From an uncultured delta proteobacterium (GTDB lineage Bacteria > Bdellovibrionota > FAC87 > UBA2466), in contig CAVZSV010000001.1 in the NCBI GenBank assembly GCA_963778115.1, positions 132,099 through 196,098 of the forward strand: a stretch of 64,000 nucleotides of DNA, in the 5' to 3' direction. This document shows positions 27,338 to 36,096 of the stretch, one piece after another. The translations under genes and the position numbers were made by a program. Position 1 is the stretch's first letter. Each line of letters starts with the position of its first letter. The notes under the pieces are model-generated. The model ran no database searches, had not been told where the DNA came from, and worked only from the letters and a program-made list of their open reading frames with translations.

Positions 27338-27705
27338 CTCGCATCTGTCTAGTTCTGGCTCTTATCGGCTCGGTTGCGATGGCATCGCAGGCTCGCACTG
27401 TGTTTCTCACGGACAAGAGGATGGAACCCATCCACGTTGGAACAGGAAGGAGCACAATCCTCTCTTTTCCGGCACACCCCAGCAAAGTGATCATGGGTAG
27501 CCAAGGTCAGTTTGCCATTGAGTTCGTTGAGAACGACCTCGCTATTTCAGCCCTTCGATTAGGCGCTCACTCAAATGTCTTTGTCTATCTTGAGGGAAGA
27601 CGCTTCGGGTTTGAACTCGTAACCACTCCAGGGGGAGGAGACGAGATCGTACTCGTCAGAGACAAGGATGATCAGAAGGTAAAGGTGAAAATTAAAAATG
27701 ACTAA
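27334..27705 (+). CDS. Short VirB9/TraK-like secreted protein
   Basis: Signal peptide, GRSTILSFP, SNVFV; only 123 aa. Confidence 0.6.
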   Translation: MTRICLVLALIGSVAMASQARTVFLTDKRMEPIHVGTGRSTILSFPAHPSKVIMGSQGQFAIEFVENDLAISALRLGAHSNVFVYLEGRRFGFELVTTPGGGDEIVLVRDKDDQKVKVKIKND

Positions 27706-28570
27706 CGAACCAAATGTAGAAATTTCATCGGACACTGGTGAAAAGCTCCAATGGGGTAAGAAGCTATTCTTCTTTCAGGACGGCCACAAGCTCACTTTAA
27801 AGAGGAAAGCGGTCTTAGCCTCAGGAGCCCTCATTTTTATTGGAGCATCCATCTTCCAGTGTATTGGGCTTGATTCGCCAGTAATCCCTCACGGGAATTC
27901 ATCCATCATCATCCCGCAGGCGGTTAACTCACAAAAGATGCTCGACGTAAATGAGGCCCCAACACAAACGAGGGGGAAGAAGAAACAATCAGCTGCTTTA
28001 AAGCTGACCGGCCCCCAACTCGTAGCCCGGCCCCGCGACTTAAAACACGTTCCGCCCGGAAGCATGATGAAAGCAGTCTTAATTTCCGGAGCTTCAAATG
28101 GTCTGGTGAAAGCCAAAATCACGGAGCCCCTCAGGGTGAACGGTGACACCTTCATAGACGAAGGATCAACGCTCTTGGGGACTGGAAGTTCCACCGATCA
28201 ACGTCTGTTTGTGTCCTTCGGTCAGGTGATTTTTAAGGATGGTACGTTCGGCCAGTTCCAGGCGCAGGCATGTGACAGGTCTGACCAGATCGTGGGTTTG
28301 AAGGGATCCAAAGTCGGAAGTAAAGCGCTGCAGCTCGCGGGTAGCCTCGGACTTGGCTTCATGGGGGGAATGGCGCAGGGACTTCAGCAGACGCAGGGTC
28401 AATTTGGCGCCGTAGTCGCGAAGCCCACCCTAAGTAACGCTTTGCTAAATGGAACGGAAACGGCCGCCCTCCAAGAGTCTCAGCAAATGATGTCCGATTT
28501 GAAGAACACCCAACCCATTATCGAGGTTCCTGCCGGAACTGAGATTTGCATCATCACGGGGGCGCAATGA
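27698..28570 (+). CDS. virB10: VirB10/TrbI-like core complex protein
   Basis: TM segment, VPPGSMMKAVL, GSTLLG, GLKG, PIIEVPAGT. Confidence 0.8.
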   Translation: MTNEPNVEISSDTGEKLQWGKKLFFFQDGHKLTLKRKAVLASGALIFIGASIFQCIGLDSPVIPHGNSSIIIPQAVNSQKMLDVNEAPTQTRGKKKQSAALKLTGPQLVARPRDLKHVPPGSMMKAVLISGASNGLVKAKITEPLRVNGDTFIDEGSTLLGTGSSTDQRLFVSFGQVIFKDGTFGQFQAQACDRSDQIVGLKGSKVGSKALQLAGSLGLGFMGGMAQGLQQTQGQFGAVVAKPTLSNALLNGTETAALQESQQMMSDLKNTQPIIEVPAGTEICIITGAQ

Positions 28571-30012
28571 GTAACGCGAAGAAGGTGGACTACTTCGAAC
28601 GGATATCGACATTCGGACGGCGAATTTCGATTCCGTTCCGCGAGATATATGTAGGAGCTACAACCGGCGCAATTCCCTGGGAGAAATGCTTTGTCGCCGT
28701 GGCAATCATTCAGCTCGCCTTTGCTTTCCACCTCGAATATTTGCTCGCAGTAAAGATGGGGTTTCGGACCTTATATCCGCGAGCACAATGGCTCTACATC
28801 CTCTACTACTATAGCTGGCTCGCATCGCCCTTCATCTGTTGGGGCGTCTACCGCGCCGTCATAGCTTCCCGCCTAAAGGCGAGATTAACTGACGTCTTTA
28901 AGGATATCGGACTTCAGAGTAAGGCCGGTAAGCTTCCCAACCTCATATATGATGTTCCGTTAGACCAGGTAACCAGGAAGTTGCGGCTTACCAAGCGAAG
29001 CTTGACCCCAGCCGACTTCGAGAAAGCAAAGCCGGCTCTCGAAAGTGCACTTCATGTGTTCATCGATCAGATACGTGATGACCGAGAAAAAGGCGCCATC
29101 GATATCATTTATGCGCATTCTCCGATGCCAGAAACCTTCACGGTCAAAGAGTATAAGAATTATCACCGCTGGGAGTTCACCGTCGGAACGACACGAGCAA
29201 AGATCGTTCGCTCAACACTCACCGACATCCCCCACATTCTCGTAGCGGGCCAAACGGGAGGCGGAAAATCGACGTTTCTACGTCATTTCATCACAAGTCT
29301 TTACTTGAGTGACCAAAAGGCCGAGTTCACCCTTATCGATCTCAAAGGTGGATTGGAATTTCAGACGTTTGAAAAGCTGAAACGGGTCGAGGTTGCGGGG
29401 GACATCGGAACTTCCCTTGCCTGTTTATCGACTATCAACGAGATGGTGGATGATCGCTTCAAACTTCTTAGGGACAATTCCTGCAAGGACATCGGTCAGT
29501 ATCTCGAAAGAAATAAGACGGCCTCGATTCCGTTGAATAGACAAATTGTGGTAGTGGACGAGGCGGCCGAACTCTTTCTCACGAACTCGTTGGCCGCTCC
29601 CTCTGACGTTAGGACCGCCAAGGAAGTCCTGAGCCGAATCTCACGCCTGGGAAGAAGCTTGGGCATCCATCTGGTCGTTGCCACTCAGAGACCTGATAGC
29701 CGGGCTCTTGATCCCCAGATCAAAGCTAACCTTCCTGGTGTCCTTTGCTTTCAGATGGTGAACGACATCTCCAGTATTTTGGTGATTGGAAACGGTAGAG
29801 CGACCGATCTTCCTCCGATTCCGGGCCGCGGAATCTGGAAAAACAGTCAGGGAATGGTCGAAATACAGACGCCTTTTCTCTCACCCGAGAGTGCAGAAAC
29901 CCTTTTGGCTCCCCACAAAAGAGAAGACACCAAAGAGAAGGTTCGGCCTTCTCCCTCGAACAACACCTCGGAATCCACACCCCTGAACCCCGTAATCGGC
30001 AGAGACGTCTAG
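28567..30012 (+). CDS. FtsK/SpoIIIE-domain ATPase, probable type IV coupling protein (TcpA-like)
   Basis: Two TMs, PHILVAGQTGGGKS, IDLKGG, VVDEAAE, RLGRSLGIHLVVATQRP, PGRG. Confidence 0.88.
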   Translation: MSNAKKVDYFERISTFGRRISIPFREIYVGATTGAIPWEKCFVAVAIIQLAFAFHLEYLLAVKMGFRTLYPRAQWLYILYYYSWLASPFICWGVYRAVIASRLKARLTDVFKDIGLQSKAGKLPNLIYDVPLDQVTRKLRLTKRSLTPADFEKAKPALESALHVFIDQIRDDREKGAIDIIYAHSPMPETFTVKEYKNYHRWEFTVGTTRAKIVRSTLTDIPHILVAGQTGGGKSTFLRHFITSLYLSDQKAEFTLIDLKGGLEFQTFEKLKRVEVAGDIGTSLACLSTINEMVDDRFKLLRDNSCKDIGQYLERNKTASIPLNRQIVVVDEAAELFLTNSLAAPSDVRTAKEVLSRISRLGRSLGIHLVVATQRPDSRALDPQIKANLPGVLCFQMVNDISSILVIGNGRATDLPPIPGRGIWKNSQGMVEIQTPFLSPESAETLLAPHKREDTKEKVRPSPSNNTSESTPLNPVIGRDV

Positions 30013-30020
30013 ATCTCCCC

Positions 30021-30977
30021 GTGGGGAGCCAAAACGTATTTATGAACCTACGAGATAGAGACATTCTAATGGCTCTTTGGAGATGGAAGCTTTTATCCAC
30101 TGCTGCCATCTCGCAGATTTTCTGTAGCGATCTCGCACCGTCCTCTGCGTACAACCGAATCTTAAATCTGCGTGCAAAGGGTTTCATCACAACAGCCTCC
30201 ACGAAACCAAAGGAAGTGGACCGACATTTCGTCTGGACCCTGACTTCGAAGGGCTTCAGCGAAATCCGGGAGCCAGAGTTACGTTATCTGAGTGAAGTGG
30301 GGTTTAGGTCTGAAACGCCTGAGCATGATTACCTAGTCTCCGCAATTCATCTCGGAGCTTGGCTGAAGAATTTGCCTCCGAACTGTGCACTCTACTCGGA
30401 GCAGGAGCTGAGACGCTGGCGAAAGGACCAACATCCAAAATGGGTCCCCCACATGCCAGATCACCGCCCTGACGGATACTGGCACATCTTTAAAATGAAC
30501 AAACCGGGAACCGTTGCCCTGGAAGTCGAGCTGTCTCAGAAATATCAGACGGATTATCGTGCAACTGTCGTCCTCTATGATCGATTGGAGAGTCTCCATC
30601 GGGTCGTGTGGGTCGTTCGCTATAAGGGAATAGCCGAACTCGTTCATAGCGAATCCCTATCGATCTCCTCTCGAAATACGCCCAATTTTGTATTCTTCTA
30701 CGAAAAAGAAGTCGAAACGCTTGGATGGAATGCCAAAGCATTCCTTGGACGTGATGTAGGACAAACCCTCGCTGACGTTCTCGGAACAAAAGTGACGCCG
30801 ATGGAACATGTCACATCCATGTCACTTTTCGATTCCAGAAAATGTCCGCATAGATCACCGTCTTACGCGGACCAACCAAAAACTCTAATTTCTCACCGAG
30901 TATACCCTTCTATACTCGGCACCCGATCTTCATTTCCCGACCCAAACTCAAACAAAGGAGAACATACCAATGAATAA
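30021..30977 (+). CDS. Replication-relaxation / MOB_C-like relaxase
   Basis: N-terminal wHTH (RDRDIL), EHD, RPDG...ALEVELSQKYQTDY resembling the D..ExE..K...Y MOB_C signature; directly after the coupling protein. Confidence 0.78.
   Translation: MGSQNVFMNLRDRDILMALWRWKLLSTAAISQIFCSDLAPSSAYNRILNLRAKGFITTASTKPKEVDRHFVWTLTSKGFSEIREPELRYLSEVGFRSETPEHDYLVSAIHLGAWLKNLPPNCALYSEQELRRWRKDQHPKWVPHMPDHRPDGYWHIFKMNKPGTVALEVELSQKYQTDYRATVVLYDRLESLHRVVWVVRYKGIAELVHSESLSISSRNTPNFVFFYEKEVETLGWNAKAFLGRDVGQTLADVLGTKVTPMEHVTSMSLFDSRKCPHRSPSYADQPKTLISHRVYPSILGTRSSFPDPNSNKGEHTNE
30788..30919. repeat. Inverted-repeat pair, candidate oriT
   Basis: AAAAGTGAC...GTCACTTTT (30788-30829, inner ATGGA/TCCAT) and CCGAGTATA-cccttc-TATACTCGG (30896-30919). 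Confidence 0.45.
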
Positions 30978-31361
30978 ACAGATCATAGAAATACTAATGA
31001 TAAGCATTGCTCTCTCGGGCTGTGCAAGCATCGAGAAAAGCACACTCTTAGGAGCCGGAACTTTCGGCGCTATCGGTACCGGAGTTGGAGCAGCAGCCGG
31101 AAAAAGTGTCGGCGGAGCCCTCCTCGGCCTTGGAATAGGAGCTCTTTTTGGCGGCACGATGGGTTACCTCACCCATAAGGACATGGAACAGAAAGAGCGG
31201 ATGAAGCAACCGCTCTCTAAGAACGACGGCGCCGATCAGACTCCCTGGTTACCGCACCCGAAATTCGCCGAATCTGGGTGCCCGAGAAACAAGAGTCGGG
31301 CCGGATGGAAGCCGGCCATTGGCTCTGGATCATTGAGAAGCCCTCTCGATTCACGCGGTAA
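30970..31361 (+). CDS. Glycine-zipper lipoprotein with TraV-like C-terminus (frameshift at about 31243)
   Basis: LSGC lipobox, Gly zipper; the shifted frame reads LVTAPEIRRIWVPEKQESGRMEAGHWLWIIEKPSRFTR* and ends just before the next RBS. Confidence 0.65.
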
Positions 31362-31379
31362 TGAAAGGAGAAAAGAACA

Positions 31380-31751
31380 ATGGACAACGATCAAAAACCG
31401 AAACTAAGAACCAAATACCCCGACCGTGTAACGCTTTCGTCTGAAGCGCTCACAAGATTGGGAGCCTGGATGCACGAAGTGGCAGGGCATTTGAAAGGAA
31501 ACCGAGTTACGAGAAATGACTTGGTAAACTTTCTGATTCTCTCCCGTCCGCCCCATCTCAGCGAGCAAGAGATCTCGGAGTTGGCCAAACGGAACTTCGA
31601 CCAGATCCGTTTCACCGAGTGGGCGCTTCAGCAGCTCAAGGAGGCTAGAGCCCAGGGAAAGGAGGTTTCCCTAGCGGAGATCGTAAATGGGATGGTGCCG
31701 ACCAAGCCCAAGGTCGCCGACGACGCACCACCCCCAAAACTAGGCAAATAG
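31380..31751 (+). CDS. Hypothetical protein, possibly RHH-like DNA-binding accessory factor
   Basis: AAGGAG RBS; RVTLS-helix-helix N-terminus. Confidence 0.6.
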   Translation: MDNDQKPKLRTKYPDRVTLSSEALTRLGAWMHEVAGHLKGNRVTRNDLVNFLILSRPPHLSEQEISELAKRNFDQIRFTEWALQQLKEARAQGKEVSLAEIVNGMVPTKPKVADDAPPPKLGK

Positions 31752-31809
31752 AGTGAGCCCGTGGACCTCGAATTCAGATGAATTGCCTTTGGGAAAAGGG
31801 GGAAATACG

Positions 31810-32040
31810 ATGGCAACCTCATTTCATAGTGCTCCGGATGCCCCACCAGGGCCTCCGGAGCTGGTCTTTGACAAGTTGGTTTTGACGAAACTTGACGTGG
31901 CGAAGGAGCTAAATTGCTCCGTTCGGCTCGTCGAGAAACTAGTCGCGGCAGATAGGATTCCCTACGCAAAAGTGGGCAGGTTGGTGCGTTTCTCGCGGTC
32001 TCGCATTCACGAGTGGCTCCTAAAAGGAGGCAATCGATGA
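31810..32040 (+). CDS. Excisionase-family HTH protein
   Basis: LTKLDVAKELNCS...IPYAKVGRLVRFSRSRIHEWL; overlaps the integrase ATG. Confidence 0.85.
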   Translation: MATSFHSAPDAPPGPPELVFDKLVLTKLDVAKELNCSVRLVEKLVAADRIPYAKVGRLVRFSRSRIHEWLLKGGNR

Positions 32041-33272
32041 CGAAACGTAAAGAAATACCTGTCCGGAACAATCCAGGGATTTATCGCCTGGCCCACCTGA
32101 ATAAAGAAAGTGGGCTTTGGGTAGACTCTGGAAAATTCCGAGCAATAAGGCGAATCTTCATTAACGGACATTCCAAAAAGGAACAAGGCGTCTTCAGTTC
32201 CATCGAGGATGCTAAGGCATTTCGTTCGAAGATAATCGGGAAACCATCCGAAGGAAAAGATGTGCATCGGCTCAACGCCGAAGCGCACGAGGGAGTTATA
32301 ACCTTCGGAAAGTTAGTCGAGGAGTGGAAAGCATTTCACTATCTCCAACTCGAACTGAGTACAAAGCAGATGTACGATCGCAGGCTCCCCCATCTGGAAT
32401 ATCTAAATGACGTTCCAATGGAAGCCATAAACACCTCAGTAATCGATGGCCTGTTGAAGTATTGGGTGGCAGAGCATCCAAAATTCTATCAAAGGCTATC
32501 CTTCGAAAAGGAACTCAATCTTCTGAAAGTGGTTTTGAACTACTATCGGAAGAGAAAGAACCCGGCCTACCTTATTCCGGTTCTTGATGAACACTATAAG
32601 GCCGGTGACCTCGCACGCAGGCCAGAACGCCCAGTTCAAGCTCTTACCACAGAGGATCTGGGAAGATTTCTGGAGTTTCTAAAGAAAGGGTTCAATCAAA
32701 ACCACTATGCTCTCGCGTTAGCTCAATTCTCATTTGGGTTACGCATCGGTGAAGCATGTGGGCTTGCTTGGAGCAACCTGGATCTGGAGAAGCGTGTAGT
32801 GGTCATCGATCAAGTAGTGATTTGGCATCACACCACCTGGGAGGCAACCGTTAAGAAGCGCCCAAAGAACAACAAGGTGAGGATTCTGGTCATTCCAGAA
32901 GTCCTTGTAAAACAACTAGAGGAGATGAAGAAACGTAGAGATCCGAAGGTGGACTTGGTTTTCCACAGGGACGGTGAACCCTACAACCGCAAGGATGTAG
33001 GGAAGGTCTACAATCGTGCACTTATTGCACTGGGTATTACACATGTCAGTGGTACCCACATGATGAGAAGGACCGCTGCAACCTTGGCCAACGAAGCCAC
33101 CGGAGATTTCTATGCGGTCTCTCAGCTTCTCGATCACTCTTCTCCCGATATCACTTTGCGCTACATAGCGCAGACGTCGGTGCAGAAACATAAAGTCGCA
33201 AATGCGTTAAATGGTGTCCTAAACAGTGCACTAAAGTTGGGGGCGGAGAATTCCGGTCCCACACAAAAATAG
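32037..33272 (+). CDS. Tyrosine recombinase / integrase
   Basis: GLRIGE (R), PKNNK (K), THMMRR (HxxR), LLDHS (H), TLRY (Y); adjacent to the tRNA. Confidence 0.95.
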   Translation: MTKRKEIPVRNNPGIYRLAHLNKESGLWVDSGKFRAIRRIFINGHSKKEQGVFSSIEDAKAFRSKIIGKPSEGKDVHRLNAEAHEGVITFGKLVEEWKAFHYLQLELSTKQMYDRRLPHLEYLNDVPMEAINTSVIDGLLKYWVAEHPKFYQRLSFEKELNLLKVVLNYYRKRKNPAYLIPVLDEHYKAGDLARRPERPVQALTTEDLGRFLEFLKKGFNQNHYALALAQFSFGLRIGEACGLAWSNLDLEKRVVVIDQVVIWHHTTWEATVKKRPKNNKVRILVIPEVLVKQLEEMKKRRDPKVDLVFHRDGEPYNRKDVGKVYNRALIALGITHVSGTHMMRRTAATLANEATGDFYAVSQLLDHSSPDITLRYIAQTSVQKHKVANALNGVLNSALKLGAENSGPTQK

Positions 33273-33298
33273 TGTCCTGTCCCACTGTGTCCCACACT
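33255..33298 (+). repeat. Three GTCCCAC direct repeats, probable integrase arm-binding sites
   Basis: ggtcccacac, tgtcccactg and tgtcccacac between the integrase end and the tRNA 3' end. Confidence 0.55.
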
Positions 33299-33349
33299 CG
33301 GTCATTTTGATTTTCCGATTTGTTTAAATTCAAATACTTAAAAGAGAAA

Positions 33350-33426
<77 letters not shown>

Positions 33427-33455
33427 TTCATAAGGATGTTGGTCAGACCGCAGCT

Positions 33456-33484
33456 AGGCTAATGGGGGCGGGCCGGGGTGTCAA
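33456..33484 (-). promoter_or_regulatory. Sigma70 promoter of tRNA-Asp
   Basis: TTGACA-17 bp-TAGCCT on the minus strand. Confidence 0.6.
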
Positions 33485-33566
33485 TTTAAGGGTTTGGATT
33501 TTTTGAAGGAAATGGGCCGTTGGTTGATCGCGAGGGCCGGGGTGTGTTAAATCCCCGATCATACGG

Positions 33567-34808
33567 ATGAAGAAAGCGCTCAAATCTAGGCTTGGGGTGG
33601 GGTTTGTCTTGGGAACCGCCCTTTCAGTCCTCTCTAATGTAGGAATAGGCAGGACTACGTGTGGGGTTTTGGTCCAGGCTGGGGGAAATGAGGCCGGAAA
33701 GCCTCTGATGGCAGCCGACACCGGCGGAAAGTGGGTGGCAGTCGCAAGTCAGCAAGCCGGAAGCGCGGTTTTGGGTTTTGAATTGCCTCCGGAGGAGAAC
33801 CCTGAGTTATGGCGGTTTATTGGCGAGAAAAGAAAGCCCTCCTATGAAATTGCGGGGCTGCAGGGGGCTGTGGTTTCGGCGATCACCATGTCCCGTCGAG
33901 ATGAAAACCGAGATCTATGGTTGGCAGTGGGATACAGCAACGGGCGGGTGAGAGTGTTTGATGGGGAGACGGGGAAGTTTAGATATGAGCTTTTGAAAAA
34001 TCAAAATGCGGTAACGCATTTGAAGTTTACGCCGGCGGCTAAGCTTCTTTTTACGGCCTATGGAGTGAAGGGATATCTGTGGAAGCGGGATGAGTTGGTG
34101 AGAACACTTCATCCGGTTGGAGGAAATGGGCTTGTCACTACATCGATGATTGAAACCGCACAGTTTGCGAGAAATGTTCCTAGGCTATTGACGTTTTCGG
34201 GAGATGGGTCGGGGATGCGGTGGAGTTTACGATCTATCCATGAAGATCTAAGGCCACGAGCTTTGTCTGGAGGGATGCTAAAAGGGAATTCGGAAAAGGT
34301 GACGTGCTCGATGATTCACGGGCAGCTGGATAAGGTCGTGACAGGAACGGAGGCGGGATCGGTGTTTTATTGGGAAGGCTATCATGGGGACATTGGGGGA
34401 AAGAGATTGCGTGGGGGAAGTCGGTCGAAAGTGACCAGCCTTGATTTGTCGTTGAACGGCAATTTGGTGGTGGGCGGGCGTGACGATGGGAGTGCGCAGG
34501 TGTGGGAGTTGAGGGGAAAGCGAATCGTGGGGAGGATAGTGGCGGCGGGCAAAGGGGAACGGGGAGCTGGCGTGGTTAAGATCTATTTTATGAATAATGC
34601 GAGAAGAGTAATTTCAGCGCATAAGGATGGAGTGGTGAGGATTTGGAGGATGGCGCCTGAAGGAGATGAGAAGAAATTGCCGTTGGAAAATGAGTTTAAG
34701 CCGAGTGTGGGGGAGATTGTGGATATGACGATGTTGACGGATGAGAAGGTGGTGGTGGCGAGCCAGGATGGGAATGTGTATTGGGGGAGTATTCCCGGGG
34801 TGAAGTAG
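33567..34808 (+). CDS. WD40-repeat beta-propeller protein
   Basis: Repeats such as VGYSNGRVRVFD, GRDDGSAQVWE, SAHKDGVVRIW. Confidence 0.85.
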   Translation: MKKALKSRLGVGFVLGTALSVLSNVGIGRTTCGVLVQAGGNEAGKPLMAADTGGKWVAVASQQAGSAVLGFELPPEENPELWRFIGEKRKPSYEIAGLQGAVVSAITMSRRDENRDLWLAVGYSNGRVRVFDGETGKFRYELLKNQNAVTHLKFTPAAKLLFTAYGVKGYLWKRDELVRTLHPVGGNGLVTTSMIETAQFARNVPRLLTFSGDGSGMRWSLRSIHEDLRPRALSGGMLKGNSEKVTCSMIHGQLDKVVTGTEAGSVFYWEGYHGDIGGKRLRGGSRSKVTSLDLSLNGNLVVGGRDDGSAQVWELRGKRIVGRIVAAGKGERGAGVVKIYFMNNARRVISAHKDGVVRIWRMAPEGDEKKLPLENEFKPSVGEIVDMTMLTDEKVVVASQDGNVYWGSIPGVK

Positions 34809-34834
34809 GGAATGGGGGCAGCCTTGTGAGAGGG

Positions 34835-34907
34835 GATTGCTTCGTCGAGTCGCTTCCCGCTTCGCCTTCGGCTACGCGGGACAGGTCGCTCCTCTGCTCG
34901 CAATGAC
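34835..34907. repeat. REP-like extragenic palindrome with a nested hairpin
   Basis: GATTGCTTCGTC...CTCGCAATGAC outer element; inner TCCCGC-ttcgccttcggctac-GCGGGA; lies between convergent genes. Confidence 0.6.
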
Positions 34908-34911
34908 AGAC

Positions 34912-35634
34912 TTAATCCTTTTCGGATTTCAAACCCTGAACCGCACGTAGCATAACCGCATAGGTTTGGCTCATGAGAGCGTCGATGTCGTCGATGGTGA
35001 GACCTTTGGTGGGGATGGGAGGGAGGACCTTTAAGCGAATGAGTCCGGAGCTAAGGCGCCTCTCTTTGAAAGAGCCTAACGTATGGAGCGAAGAGCAAAG
35101 GTAAGGGACCAATGGGACCTGGGCTTGGATGGCAAGATGAAAAGGGCCCTTTTTGAAAGGAAGTAAACCCTCCCCCGAGAAATTTCTGGTTCCCTCGGGG
35201 GCGACGGCTACCGAAACTTTCTTCTCGCCTATCACCCTCGCCGCTTCGTCTAGAGATTCGATCGCTTTGTCTTTGTTGCGGCGGTTGATGAAAATCACAC
35301 CGGTTGCCATGAATAAAAGACCAATGACCGGAATGTAGCGGACCTCTTTCTTGGCGATGACCGTAAATTTGGGAGCTGCGTGCGAGCCAAACGTGAAGAG
35401 GTCTAGGCCACTTTGGTGATTGAGAAGATAAATACAGGGCTGGGCGGAAGTTAAGTACTCTTCTCCCTCGATGCTTATACGCAGGCCCACTACTTTGAGA
35501 TTGATGGCAGAAAGAAGTCTCGTCCACCTAGAGAGGTAATACGGATTACCCCAGAAGAGAACAGCCCCTATCATTCCCACGAATGCCGCAACAATCGTGA
35601 TGATGATCATCGCAAAGACGCGAAAGTAGAACAC
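34912..35634 (-). CDS. plsC: 1-acyl-sn-glycerol-3-phosphate acyltransferase
   Basis: NHQSGLD, FINR, PEGTR, PFKKGPF. Confidence 0.95.
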   Translation of the reverse strand: MFYFRVFAMIIITIVAAFVGMIGAVLFWGNPYYLSRWTRLLSAINLKVVGLRISIEGEEYLTSAQPCIYLLNHQSGLDLFTFGSHAAPKFTVIAKKEVRYIPVIGLLFMATGVIFINRRNKDKAIESLDEAARVIGEKKVSVAVAPEGTRNFSGEGLLPFKKGPFHLAIQAQVPLVPYLCSSLHTLGSFKERRLSSGLIRLKVLPPIPTKGLTIDDIDALMSQTYAVMLRAVQGLKSEKD

Positions 35635-35686
35635 GTGGGTATCCTAAAGGCAGAGGGGGAAATGGCAACCTCCAAATAGGAGGAGG

Positions 35687-35983
35687 TTAGAGTTTCGCAG
35701 GCGGAGGTGCTTCTTTCTGGCAAGAATTAAATTGAGCACTACACCGTTGCTGATTGAGTTCATCAGGCTGAGAAGTTTTTGCGGCGGTGGAATTAACAAA
35801 GCAAAGACACAATAAAAATTGGCAGGTTTGCGGGCGGAAGTTATCGCACTGGGAAACTTCAACAGGCCAGAATCCGTCGCTAGATGCCACCGGAGGGGGA
35901 GGTATGATGACCGTCTCGCCAGATCCTACGGCCGACCAGATTAGACTTAACACTAGAATTCCGAGCAGAAAGCGTGAAATCAT
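35687..35983 (-). CDS. Small secreted Cys-rich hypothetical protein
   Basis: Signal peptide, several cysteines, GGAG RBS. Confidence 0.5.
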   Translation of the reverse strand: MISRFLLGILVLSLIWSAVGSGETVIIPPPPVASSDGFWPVEVSQCDNFRPQTCQFLLCLCFVNSTAAKTSQPDELNQQRCSAQFNSCQKEAPPPAKL

Positions 35984-36096
35984 AACTGACTCCCGGGTGC
36001 GAAACGTCCTACTTAGGGGTTCTGTCTATTATTATAGACTTTTTGACGCACCGAGTATACACAAGAGTCAAGTATTTGATTTTGTTTAATTTATTA

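Larger units (their letters stand above)
1..33349. mobile_element. Integrative conjugative element / integrated replicon at tRNA-Asp 3' end (left end outside the window)
   Basis: Tyrosine integrase and excisionase abut the tRNA 3' end; T4SS, coupling protein, relaxase, ParA/Rep and defence cargo are contiguous. No second copy of the tRNA 3' end was seen in the window. Confidence 0.85.
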
